NCBI GenBank assembly: GCA_040767085.1 | Contig: JAXGPF010000007.1 | Location: forward strand, 160,001-224,000 | Direction: 5' to 3' | Source of the DNA: Kiritimatiellia bacterium | Lineage (GTDB): Bacteria; Verrucomicrobiota; Kiritimatiellia; JAAZAB01 | Length of the DNA stretch: 64,000 nucleotides | Part shown: one piece after another, positions 49,083-57,675 of the stretch | Numbering within the stretch: position 1 is the first letter of the stretch | How the letters are laid out: each line of letters opens with the position of its first letter | The notes under the pieces: model-generated | Seen by the model: the letters and a program-made list of their open reading frames with translations, nothing else | The model's database searches: none | What the model was told of the DNA's origin: nothing | Translations under genes and position numbers: made by a program

Positions 49083-49249
49083 ATGCCCCGGCATGAAACC
49101 ATCAAACGTGCGCTGGCATTCGAGCCGGGTGGCCGAATATCCTGTAATGTCGATTTTATCCAGGACAGATTCTGGCGCCGGCGCACGCCATCCAGCGCGA
49201 TGTTCCTGTTGAAAACGTGCTGGCGTTGATTAATGCGGCGCGCGGGTAA
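49083..49249 (+). pseudogene. Internally deleted uroporphyrinogen-decarboxylase-family (URO-D/MtaA-like) gene
   Basis: GGAGA RBS + MPRHETIKRALAFEPGGRI.. joined out of frame to ILAPAHAIQRDVPVENVLALINAARG*. Confidence 0.75.
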
Positions 49250-49406
49250 CCTGCGCCATCACATGGACCCGGATCGCGCCGGGCGACGGCGCCCGACATG
49301 CGTTTGCGCTAGCAAAGCGCCCGGCTATTGGCCCGGAAATCTGTTTGACAAACACGGTTATGGCGCATAACTTACCCGGCAGTCATGATCGTTAAAAGTC
49401 CGCCGG

Positions 49407-49428
49407 CCGGCAAATTATAATTTGCCGG
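49407..49428. promoter_or_regulatory. Perfect 22-bp palindrome containing TATAAT upstream of the ALDH gene
   Basis: CCGGCAAATTATAATTTGCCGG. Confidence 0.55.
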
Positions 49429-49458
49429 ATTCCAGGCCGTAACAGACCAGGAGCGCAT

Positions 49459-50916
49459 ATGCCGCAGAATCCCCCAAAAGACCAGGTTGCCCCCGAACAG
49501 GCAGCGGCCAATGCTGTAATGGAAAAGGCCCTGCTGGCGGCCGCCGAGTTCAATCAACTGGATCAGGCGGCCACCGATCGCATCGTCGAGGCGGTCTTCA
49601 AGGCCGCCTTTGACGCCCGGGTCAGCCTGGCCAAAATGGCGTTTGAAGAGACCAAGCTGGGCATCTGGAAGCACAAAGTCTTGAAAAACGTGCTGGCCAG
49701 CAAGCTCGTTTACAACGACATCCGTTACGAAAAGACCGTCGGCATCCTCTCCCATGACGACCGGTCCGGGATCACCGAAATCGCCCAGCCGCTGGGCCCG
49801 ATTTTCGCCATCACGCCCATGACTAACCCGACATCCACGGTGATCTTCAAAATCCTGATCTGCCTGAAATCCCGCAACCCGGTCATCATCAGCCCGCACC
49901 GCCGCGCGGCCAAGTGCTCGGGCGAAGCCGCCCGCATCTGCTACGAGGCCGCCCTGGCGGCCGGCGCCCCGGAAGATTGCGTGCAATGGCTCTCCGGCGG
50001 CTCGCGCGAGCTGACCCGCGCGTTCATGACCCACCCCAACCTGGCGTTGATCCTGGCCACGGGCGGCACCGGCCTGGTCTCAGCCGCCTACAGTTCCGGC
50101 ACTCCCGCCATTGGCGTCGGCCCGGGCAACGTGCCGGTGTTGATTGACAAGTCCGCGGATTTTCCCTTTGCCGTTTCCAGCATCATCATTTCCAAGACTT
50201 TCGACAACGGCACAGTCTGCGCCAGCGAGCAGGCCATCGTCGTGGAACAGGCCATCGCGGCGGAAGTCCGCGCCGAATGCGAACGGCAGAAATGCCATTT
50301 CCTGAATGCCGCGGAAATCAAGCAAGTCGAACGGGTGGCCATCGATCCCAGGACCGGCGGCATGAGCGCCGATATTGTCGGCCAGTCGGCCATGGAAATC
50401 GGGAGGCGGGCCGGCATCAACCTGCCGCCGGATACCCAGATCATCATGGCGCCGCTCAGCCGGGTGGGCGCTGACGAGCCGTTGTCGGGCGAAGTGCTGG
50501 CGCCCATCCTGGCGTTTTATGTGGAAAAAAATTACACGGACGCCTGCAAGCGCTGCATCGCGCTCAATTACCGCGGCGGCGTCGGACATACCGCCAGCAT
50601 CTTCGCCAACGACGAGGCGCGCATCCTGGAATTCAGCGAGCTGATGAACGCCGGGCGCGTGGTGGTCAACACCCCCTCCTCCCAGGGCGGCGTGGGCGGC
50701 TTGTTCAACACGCTCCTGACCAGTTTCACTTTGGGCTGCGGCAGCGGCGGCAAAAACATCACCACGGAAAACATTTCCGCGCGCCACCTGATCAACATTA
50801 AAAAACTCTGCCGGCGCCGGCCGCATCCGCGCTGGGGTTTCTTCGATCTGAACAAGTATTACGATGAAACCCAGACGGCGGACACACTCTACGCCGAATT
50901 CAACCGCAACTTTTAA
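49459..50916 (+). CDS. CoA-acylating aldehyde dehydrogenase (stand-alone AdhE N-terminal-like)
   Basis: ITPMTNPTST, LILATGG, GVGPGN, SKTFDNGTVCASEQ, EVLAP, GHT, TLGCGS.G.N. Confidence 0.92.
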   Translation: MPQNPPKDQVAPEQAAANAVMEKALLAAAEFNQLDQAATDRIVEAVFKAAFDARVSLAKMAFEETKLGIWKHKVLKNVLASKLVYNDIRYEKTVGILSHDDRSGITEIAQPLGPIFAITPMTNPTSTVIFKILICLKSRNPVIISPHRRAAKCSGEAARICYEAALAAGAPEDCVQWLSGGSRELTRAFMTHPNLALILATGGTGLVSAAYSSGTPAIGVGPGNVPVLIDKSADFPFAVSSIIISKTFDNGTVCASEQAIVVEQAIAAEVRAECERQKCHFLNAAEIKQVERVAIDPRTGGMSADIVGQSAMEIGRRAGINLPPDTQIIMAPLSRVGADEPLSGEVLAPILAFYVEKNYTDACKRCIALNYRGGVGHTASIFANDEARILEFSELMNAGRVVVNTPSSQGGVGGLFNTLLTSFTLGCGSGGKNITTENISARHLINIKKLCRRRPHPRWGFFDLNKYYDETQTADTLYAEFNRNF

Positions 50917-50940
50917 TCGCGCGCCAACCAAGGAAAGATC

Positions 50941-51255
50941 ATGCTGAACATCAACTTCGATCCGGAAACCCGCACCCACGTCTGCCAGTTCACCGGCAAG
51001 ATCACCAGCGCGGCCTGCCCCCCGCTGGCCGCCGAAATCGAAGCTAAAATCCGTGAAATCCAGGACGGCCGGCATAACGAGAAGGTGGCCTTCGACCTGG
51101 CCGGGGTGGATTTCATCGCTTCCGCCTTCCTGCGCATCTGCATGCTGGCGGCCCGGCAAATGCCCCCGGGGCATTTCATCATCGTCAACAGCCAGCCGGC
51201 GGTGCAGAAAATTTTCTCCATCGCCGGACTGGACGGCCTGACGGACACCCACTAA
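50941..51255 (+). CDS. STAS-domain protein (anti-anti-sigma factor-like)
   Basis: FDLAGVDFIASAFLR, VQKIFSIAGLD. Confidence 0.88.
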   Translation: MLNINFDPETRTHVCQFTGKITSAACPPLAAEIEAKIREIQDGRHNEKVAFDLAGVDFIASAFLRICMLAARQMPPGHFIIVNSQPAVQKIFSIAGLDGLTDTH

Positions 51256-51329
51256 ACCGTTCCGTTTCGGCATGATATTCCGCTGCATGGGACAGGCATT
51301 CTGGCGCAGTTAAGCCGGACAAGTTAATC

Positions 51330-51530
51330 TCATAAAGACACTAAGCCGCGAAGGGTGAGTGGATTGCGGATGCTGAAGGCAAACAAGGTTTTCCTGCTTG
51401 GTTTTTTCTTGGCGCCTTGGTGGCTTCGTGCGATAATATTTTTTCGTGTGCAGGTAAATAATCTGCGCAGATCCGCGTCATCCGTGGATAAAAATGATCC
51501 GCAGATGACACAGGTGCACCCAGATGAGAT
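51330..51530. repeat. Degenerate short-unit inverted repeats (CACAGAT / CACTAAG types)
   Basis: ATAAAGACACTAAG vs CTTGGCGCCTTGGTGGCTTCGTG; ATCTGCGCAGATCCGCGTCATCCGTGGAT vs ATCCGCAGATGACACAGGTGCACCCAGAT. Confidence 0.6.
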
Positions 51531-51585
51531 GAACAGCTTAATCAGGTTGCGGGCGTAGCCCGCGAAAAGACCTGAAGGATTTACT

Positions 51586-54045
51586 ATGAAAATGCTTGTT
51601 ATCGGGGGAGTGGCGGCGGGGATGTCGGCGGCGGCGCGCGCGCGGCGGCTGGACGAAACGGCATCCATCATTGTTTTCGAACGCGGCGATTTCGTTTCAT
51701 TCGCCAACTGCGGCCTGCCTTACCACATCGGCGGCAAGATTGCCGACCGCGACCAACTGCTCCTGCAGACGCCGCAAAGCCTGGCCGCCACGCTGAATCT
51801 TGACGTGCGGACCGGAACCGAAGTCGAGGCAATTGACCGCGCCGCCCGGCAGGTGCGCGTGCGCGAACTGGCCGCCGGCAAAACCTACACGGAAACGTAT
51901 GATAAACTAGTCCTGGCGCCCGGCGCCGCGCCGCTGCGGCCGCCGCTGCCCGGGATTGACCACCCGCGCATTTGCGTGCTGCGCAATATCGCCGACATGG
52001 ATCGCATCCAGAAGCTGCTGGAAGAGGGCGCCAAGGCGGCGGTAGTGATCGGCGGCGGCTACATCGGCGTGGAAATGGCGGAAAACCTGCGGGAACGCGG
52101 GCTGGCGGTGGACCTGGTGGAAATGGTGGACCAGGTGATGCCGCCGCTCGACCGCGAAATGGCGCGGCCGCTGGAAAACCACCTGCGCTGGCACGGCGTG
52201 AATCTGCACCTGGGCGTGGCCGCCGCCGCCTTCACGGAAAGCGAAGGACGCCTGCGCACGGAACTGGTTAACGGCCAAATGCTCATGGCCGACCTGGTGA
52301 TTTTATCCGCCGGCGTCAAGCCGGACCTCCGGCTGGCGCGGGCCGCCGGCCTGGCCATCGGCCCGCGCGGCGGCATCCAGGTGGACCAGCACATGCGGAC
52401 CAATGACCCGCACATTTACGCCGCCGGCGATGCGGTGGAAGTCACCGACCTGGCGCTCTGCTGCCCCACCCTGCTCCCGCTGGCCGGGCCGGCCAACCGG
52501 CAGGGCCGGATTGCGGGTGAAAACGTCTGCGGACGCCATACGGTTTATACCGCCACGCAGGGCACGGCCATCGTCAAAGTTTTCGAGATGACCGGGGGCG
52601 GCACGGGCGCCAATGAAAAATCGCTCCAGCGCGCCGGCATAAATTACCGCAAAATCTATCTGCACCCCTCCGGCCATGCCGGCTACTACCCCGGCAGCGC
52701 GCCGATGAACATGAAGGTCCTGTTCGCGCCGGGCGACGGCAAACTGCTGGGCGCGCAGGTGGTGGGATACGACGGCGTGGACAAGCGCCTCGACGTCCTG
52801 GCCACGGCCATCCGCGCCGGCCTGCAAGTCCATGACCTGGAATCCCTGGAACTGGCTTACGCCCCGCCTTACGGCTCGGCCAAGGATCCGGTCAACATGG
52901 CCGGCTTCATTGGAACTAACCTGCTGCATGGCGACCTGGAACTCTGGTACCCGGAGGAGTATCCCGACCAGACCAGAAACGCGGTGCTCCTGGACGTGCG
53001 GTCGGCGATGGAATACGACACCTGGCATATTCCCGGGGCGGTCAATATCCCGCTGGATAAGCTGCGCGGCAATCTCGACCGCCTGCCGCGCGGGCAGACC
53101 ATCCTGGTGTACTGCAAGGTCGGCTTCCGCAGCTACCTGGCTTACCGCCTTTTGAAACAGCGCGGGTACGACGTCAAGACGCTGTCGGGCGGGACGATGA
53201 CGTTCTGCAACTATCACCGCACGGGCATCTGCCCGGGCACCCCTGAGCCGCCGCTGCTGTCATACGCCGAAGAGCGCCAGTTGGCCCCGGCCGCCGCCCC
53301 GCCCGTCCCGGGCCGGGTGGTGGAGTTGAACTGCGCCGGGATGCAATGCCCGGGCCCCATCCGCCGCCTGGCGGAGACCATGCAGGGCTTGCAGACGGGC
53401 GACGAACTAATAGTGAGCGCTTCCGACCCCGGCTTTACCGCCGACGGCGCCGCCTGGTGCCGCCACTTCGGACACACGCTCGTGAGCCAGGAGCAGGCGG
53501 GCCCCCTGGTGCGGCTGCGCATCCGCAAGGGCGGGCCGATGCAGCCGGCCGCAGCGGCAAACTCCGACAAGCCGGCGGGCGCCGGCAAACCGCGCAAGAC
53601 CATGGTGGTTTTTTCCGGGGACCTCGACAAGGTGCTGGCCGCCTTCGTCATCGCCAACGGCGCGGTCAGCATGGGCAGCGAGGTGGTGATGTTTTTCACC
53701 TTCTGGGGCATCAACGCCCTGCGCCGCTCGGGGCCGCAGGCGCCGGGCAAGACCCTGTTGGATCGAATCTTCGGCTGGATGATGCCGCAAGGCGCTGCCG
53801 CGCTACGCCTGTCCCAGATGCACATGGGCGCTTTAATGCGCCGGGTAATGCGCGCCAAGCAAGTGGATTCGCTGCCCGGCATGATCGCCCAGGCGCAGGC
53901 CGCCGGCGTCAAGCTGGTGGTCTGTTCCATGTCCATGGACGTCATGGGGCTTAAGCGCGAAGAATTGATTGACGGCCTGGAAATCGGCGGCGTCGCCGCA
54001 TTTCTGGGGGAATCCGCCGGGGCGGACATGACGCTTTTCATTTAA
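51586..54045 (+). CDS. CoA-disulfide/persulfide reductase fused to rhodanese, TusA/SirA and DsrE2 domains
   Basis: GGVAAG, SFANCGLPY, GGGYIG, YAAGD, YAPPY; rhodanese LDVR..E...HIPGA..YCKVGFRS; TusA GMQCPGP; DsrE FFTFWG...CSMSMD. Confidence 0.93.
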   Translation: MKMLVIGGVAAGMSAAARARRLDETASIIVFERGDFVSFANCGLPYHIGGKIADRDQLLLQTPQSLAATLNLDVRTGTEVEAIDRAARQVRVRELAAGKTYTETYDKLVLAPGAAPLRPPLPGIDHPRICVLRNIADMDRIQKLLEEGAKAAVVIGGGYIGVEMAENLRERGLAVDLVEMVDQVMPPLDREMARPLENHLRWHGVNLHLGVAAAAFTESEGRLRTELVNGQMLMADLVILSAGVKPDLRLARAAGLAIGPRGGIQVDQHMRTNDPHIYAAGDAVEVTDLALCCPTLLPLAGPANRQGRIAGENVCGRHTVYTATQGTAIVKVFEMTGGGTGANEKSLQRAGINYRKIYLHPSGHAGYYPGSAPMNMKVLFAPGDGKLLGAQVVGYDGVDKRLDVLATAIRAGLQVHDLESLELAYAPPYGSAKDPVNMAGFIGTNLLHGDLELWYPEEYPDQTRNAVLLDVRSAMEYDTWHIPGAVNIPLDKLRGNLDRLPRGQTILVYCKVGFRSYLAYRLLKQRGYDVKTLSGGTMTFCNYHRTGICPGTPEPPLLSYAEERQLAPAAAPPVPGRVVELNCAGMQCPGPIRRLAETMQGLQTGDELIVSASDPGFTADGAAWCRHFGHTLVSQEQAGPLVRLRIRKGGPMQPAAAANSDKPAGAGKPRKTMVVFSGDLDKVLAAFVIANGAVSMGSEVVMFFTFWGINALRRSGPQAPGKTLLDRIFGWMMPQGAAALRLSQMHMGALMRRVMRAKQVDSLPGMIAQAQAAGVKLVVCSMSMDVMGLKREELIDGLEIGGVAAFLGESAGADMTLFI

Positions 54046-54134
54046 CAGCGTTCAGGTGGTCAGATTGACGCCCGTGCGGGCATGGAAGGGATGCGCAGAG
54101 GCCGTAGCGTCCCATTCGGCGATACAAGGCGCCT

Positions 54135-56114
54135 TCATGCCGTCGGGAACACTCCCCGCGACACGCGCGCGCGGGCCGGGCGGCGGAATCGCCGGGCTTC
54201 CCGCCGGATGGCCGCTTCCAGCGCCCGGCATTTGGCCGCGGTATATGGCTGCCCTGCGCCATCCACCGGATTCAACAAGGTGACAGCCCCGGCGGGCAGG
54301 GCGGCCAAGGCGGCGACATCGCCCCAGCGCAGGATGCCGGGCACATGGATGGCCATGGATTTGCCGCTGCGGGCGCCCTGGTACAGGTAAGAGCCCTGCA
54401 AGTTCACGCAGGTGACGGACTGTATCCGGCGATTGAAGGCGGCGGCGCACAAGGCCGCCAGCCCGGCTTCGCCGTAAGCGCGGATTTCCAGGCGGGCGCG
54501 CGGGTAAATTCCGGCAACCGCCCGCGCGAGCGCCTGGATATCGCAAACCCAATCGCCGAGCATGGTGCGCCCCAGCCAGAAACAGGCGCGCGCATGGTCA
54601 TGGTAACTCTGTTCGCCCAGTTGGCTCAAGTTGTAGCAGGTTTCACCGGTCCCGCGCAAATCCGCAAACACCAGCGCCGGGGCACGGCGGCCGCCGCCGG
54701 CGGTCCAGGCATCATCCGCCAGCGCGGCTTTGCCGTGCGGATGCAGCACCAGCGCCACGGTTTTGATCGGCCCGGCGGCTGGCGGAGTGACAAGCGCCGA
54801 CGGCAGCAGGATATTCGGCTCCGACTCCACCGCGAATTTGCGGATGCAACGTCCGGCTTCCTCCACCGTCCCGAATTCGACCGGCGCGGCAGCCGCCGGA
54901 GAACGCGGGCGCAGCAATGCCTGCAATTGGCGCAGTTTGACCGCGCGGCTGACGGCGATCCGATCAGCGCCGGCCAGCAACCGCCGGCCCGCGATGCGGC
55001 AATATTCGGGAATGGAGACCACCGAAGGCGGACGGCGGCCGGACGGGAAACACAGGCACCGCTCCTCGGGCAGCGTTTGGAATGCGGGCAAATCGCAAGG
55101 CCGGCCTTCGCCCTCGTCCTTCAGCCAGCGTTTGAACCAGCCCAGCATGCAGCGCTGCATTTCCGGCCAGTAGCCATGGGGCCTGTCAAAAACCTGGTAG
55201 GCCAGCCTGTCTTCCGCGCCGTACAGGCGGTAAACCCGGCTGGCGGCGCTGAAGGAACGCAGCATCTCCGGCACGCAGAAGGCAGGGCCGTCGCGCAGTG
55301 CGTTCAAAAGCAGCAGGGCGTTGGGCGCAACCAGGCCGAGCGCCGCCCATTCCTCCATGAAGGTCAAACCGTTCGGCAATACTTCACACACGCAGTTAGA
55401 GCGGGTGACATATGATTCGAACGTCCCCACCGACACCACCGGCACGGCCGCCTTGATCCGCGGGTCGGCCGCCGCCAGCCACATGGTCTGGTTGCCGCCG
55501 CCGGAGGCGCCGGTCACGCCGATGCGATCGGCATTCACGTTCGGCATGGACTGCAAAAGGTCAATGCCGCGCATATTGTCGTAAAGCTGCATACCCAGCA
55601 GGGTTTCGCCAAGATCAAAGAGCCCGGCGCCGATGCCGGCCCCATGGTATTCATATTTCCCGGGGATGGAGCTGCGTTCGCCGGCGCCGAATGCGTCAAT
55701 CGCCAGCACGACGAATCCGTTCAAGGCGAGCAGGTGTCCGCGTTCCTGCACGCGGCCGGCGATTTTGCCTTGGGCATGATGACCATGGACGCCGATAATC
55801 CCCGGGAATGGCCCCGGGCCGTCCGGCACGTATAAATTGGCGGTGACCCGCATGCCCGGGCGGCTTTGATAGGTAATTTTGCGGAGTTCGTAGCCCGACA
55901 GCCGGATCACGCCATGCACCTGCGGTTCCAGCGCCGGCGGCGGGGGAAATGTGCCGGCATTGGAACGGATGGCGGACAGCAAGGCGCGGCGTTGCGCGCG
56001 CCATTGCGGCAGAGTCAAAGGCGGCTGGCGCCGCCAATGCCATTGACGGGCTTCGCCGATTTGATGATCTTTGACCAGTTCCAACGGTTTTTCCTGCCAG
56101 ACGTCCAGATTCAT
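54135..56114 (-). CDS. Alpha/beta hydrolase (acetylxylan esterase-like, duplicated domain)
   Basis: VTANLYVP, GHH..GK, RIGVTGASGGG nucleophile elbow, PHGY; degenerate second domain DLRGTGE. Confidence 0.85.
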   Translation of the reverse strand: MNLDVWQEKPLELVKDHQIGEARQWHWRRQPPLTLPQWRAQRRALLSAIRSNAGTFPPPPALEPQVHGVIRLSGYELRKITYQSRPGMRVTANLYVPDGPGPFPGIIGVHGHHAQGKIAGRVQERGHLLALNGFVVLAIDAFGAGERSSIPGKYEYHGAGIGAGLFDLGETLLGMQLYDNMRGIDLLQSMPNVNADRIGVTGASGGGNQTMWLAAADPRIKAAVPVVSVGTFESYVTRSNCVCEVLPNGLTFMEEWAALGLVAPNALLLLNALRDGPAFCVPEMLRSFSAASRVYRLYGAEDRLAYQVFDRPHGYWPEMQRCMLGWFKRWLKDEGEGRPCDLPAFQTLPEERCLCFPSGRRPPSVVSIPEYCRIAGRRLLAGADRIAVSRAVKLRQLQALLRPRSPAAAAPVEFGTVEEAGRCIRKFAVESEPNILLPSALVTPPAAGPIKTVALVLHPHGKAALADDAWTAGGGRRAPALVFADLRGTGETCYNLSQLGEQSYHDHARACFWLGRTMLGDWVCDIQALARAVAGIYPRARLEIRAYGEAGLAALCAAAFNRRIQSVTCVNLQGSYLYQGARSGKSMAIHVPGILRWGDVAALAALPAGAVTLLNPVDGAGQPYTAAKCRALEAAIRREARRFRRPARARVSRGVFPTA

Positions 56115-56123
56115 GTTGTTGGT

Positions 56124-56198
56124 TCCAGGATTAGGGGTTCAGGATTCGGTGTTCTGACATAACACTTTAAAACCTCAAACCTTAAAACTTCCAAAACG
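56124..56198. repeat. Degenerate opposed heptamer tandem repeats
   Basis: TCCAGGA TTAGGGG TTCAGGA TTCGGTG followed by TAAAACC TCAAACC TTAAAAC. Confidence 0.5.
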
Positions 56199-56314
56199 TG
56201 AGTTTTAAAATTGGCGCGCGCGCATCCCATAGAAAATAAAAAGTGTTGGAATAATCCCCGGCGTCATAACATAATGACGGGCGACCAAGCCAAACCGAAA
56301 GGATCATTCCAACG

Positions 56315-56464
56315 ATGATCAAATACACCATGTTGAAGCAGGTCTGCAATCTTTATCCTGGATTGCGCAGGATTATTCCGCCGCATTTGGTAAAGCGCCT
56401 GGCACAGGAACACGGTGTTGATAAAAAGAGCAGGACATTCACGACTGGCGGCAATTTTATTTGA
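56315..56464 (+). pseudogene. IS4-family transposase N-terminal (DUF4372-like) fragment
   Basis: MIKYTMLKQVCNL[YPGLRRI]IPPHLVKRLAQEHGVDKKSRTF, truncated; AAAGGA RBS overlaps an upstream hairpin. Confidence 0.65.
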
Positions 56465-56746
56465 TAATATACATGGTGCCCACCGTCACAAACTCGTAGC
56501 ACCCCATATCCGCCAACCGGCTAAACCGGTCAAGCCGCGAATGCCCGTCCAAATCCAAAGCGTCCGGCATCCACGCCTGGTTTGTTCCGGTGTTCACACA
56601 CGGGGAAGCCGCCCCAAGCCGGTAATTACCGGAAATAAAATTCACAAACTGCGGATCATAATTTATATTATTTAATCCATAATTTTCTGGCGGCGCAGGC
56701 GCCATGCATGAGTTGGATACGGATGACATTGTCGCGGGCGCAGATA
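56457..56746 (-). pseudogene. Detached 3' end of the beta-helix gene (choice-of-anchor-Q-like domain)
   Basis: DPQFVN...NYRL...SPCVNTG...DLDG.SR....ADMGCYEFVTVGTMYIIK*; continues the 57669-59201 protein across the 88-bp repeat. Confidence 0.85.
56659..56746. repeat. 88-bp perfect direct repeat, copy 1
   Basis: TAATTTATATTATTTAATCC...GCGGGCGCAGATA, identical to 57676-57763. Confidence 0.95.
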
Positions 56747-56933
56747 AAGAGAATAAATATTTCCTCCGTTGCGTATGCAATGGCTACTGGCTGACAAGGG
56801 TGGCTCTTTGTGTTTCTGGTTTTAAAGGAAATATGGTGTTGATGGTGGGACAAGGAAAGTGGATGCGGACCGCTCGCCAACCGGACTGCCCGCGCGGGGC
56901 GACCCTGGCGACAGAACTCTGCCTGAAGGATTT

Positions 56934-57675
56934 TGTGCCCACTTTGAAGGGGCATTTGCATGAAAGCCGGCCGGGTATTCCCCCGAACTTGGCGGGTCGT
57001 GAAACCGCTCGATGCGCAGTGCCTGCCGACCCGCAAGGGATGCTTGGGATAGGCGCGGATCAACCCGTTGATGTTCTCGTTGGAGCCACGCTCCGAGTGA
57101 TGGTCGCGCAAAGAATATAACCCGTTGTGTTGAGATTCTCGTGCCAGGCAAACTCTGCCTTGTCCATCAGAGACGCGCCGCCAGCGGGTCGGAAACCCGC
57201 GCACAGCCGGGGTAAAGGGTTCCTTGGGTCCGTGCGGCCCACAAGGCGAATGTTGCGCTCGAAGTCATTCCCGCTCTGCCACGGTTGACAGATCGCTTCC
57301 ATGTCCAACCTTGGCCGCCACTTCCGCCGCCGGGATATCCGCTGGCAGCTTCCGGCGGCCAAGCCTCTGCGCTGGACGCTGCGCCGGCCCGCTTGCGGGC
57401 GCTCGCGGCGGTTGCGCACAAATGCCAGCCGGCCGCGTTGCTTTGATTTCCTTGCATAGCTATCACGCCCAACCGGGCCCGTGATTATCTCCGGCGTCAA
57501 CCCTGTCGTAGCCTCTTCGCATCCAAGGCAGCTCGGTAAACCGAGGAGCTGCTGAACGTCAGGACCAGCGCTTTTCGGCCGATAGCTTCTCCGCGGTTAC
57601 CAGTTTGGCTGATTCCGCCGCTCAACCCTTGGCTATTTCCCGAACCAGTTCACCCACAAATTCACGGGTCACGCG
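56934..57675 (-). mobile_element. Highly degenerate IS30-family relic
   Basis: Frameshifted fragments RLRQG(W)TPEIITG, EFAWHE, ERGSNENINGLIRAYPK and terminal TGCCCCTTCAAAGT, in IS30 order. Confidence 0.7.
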
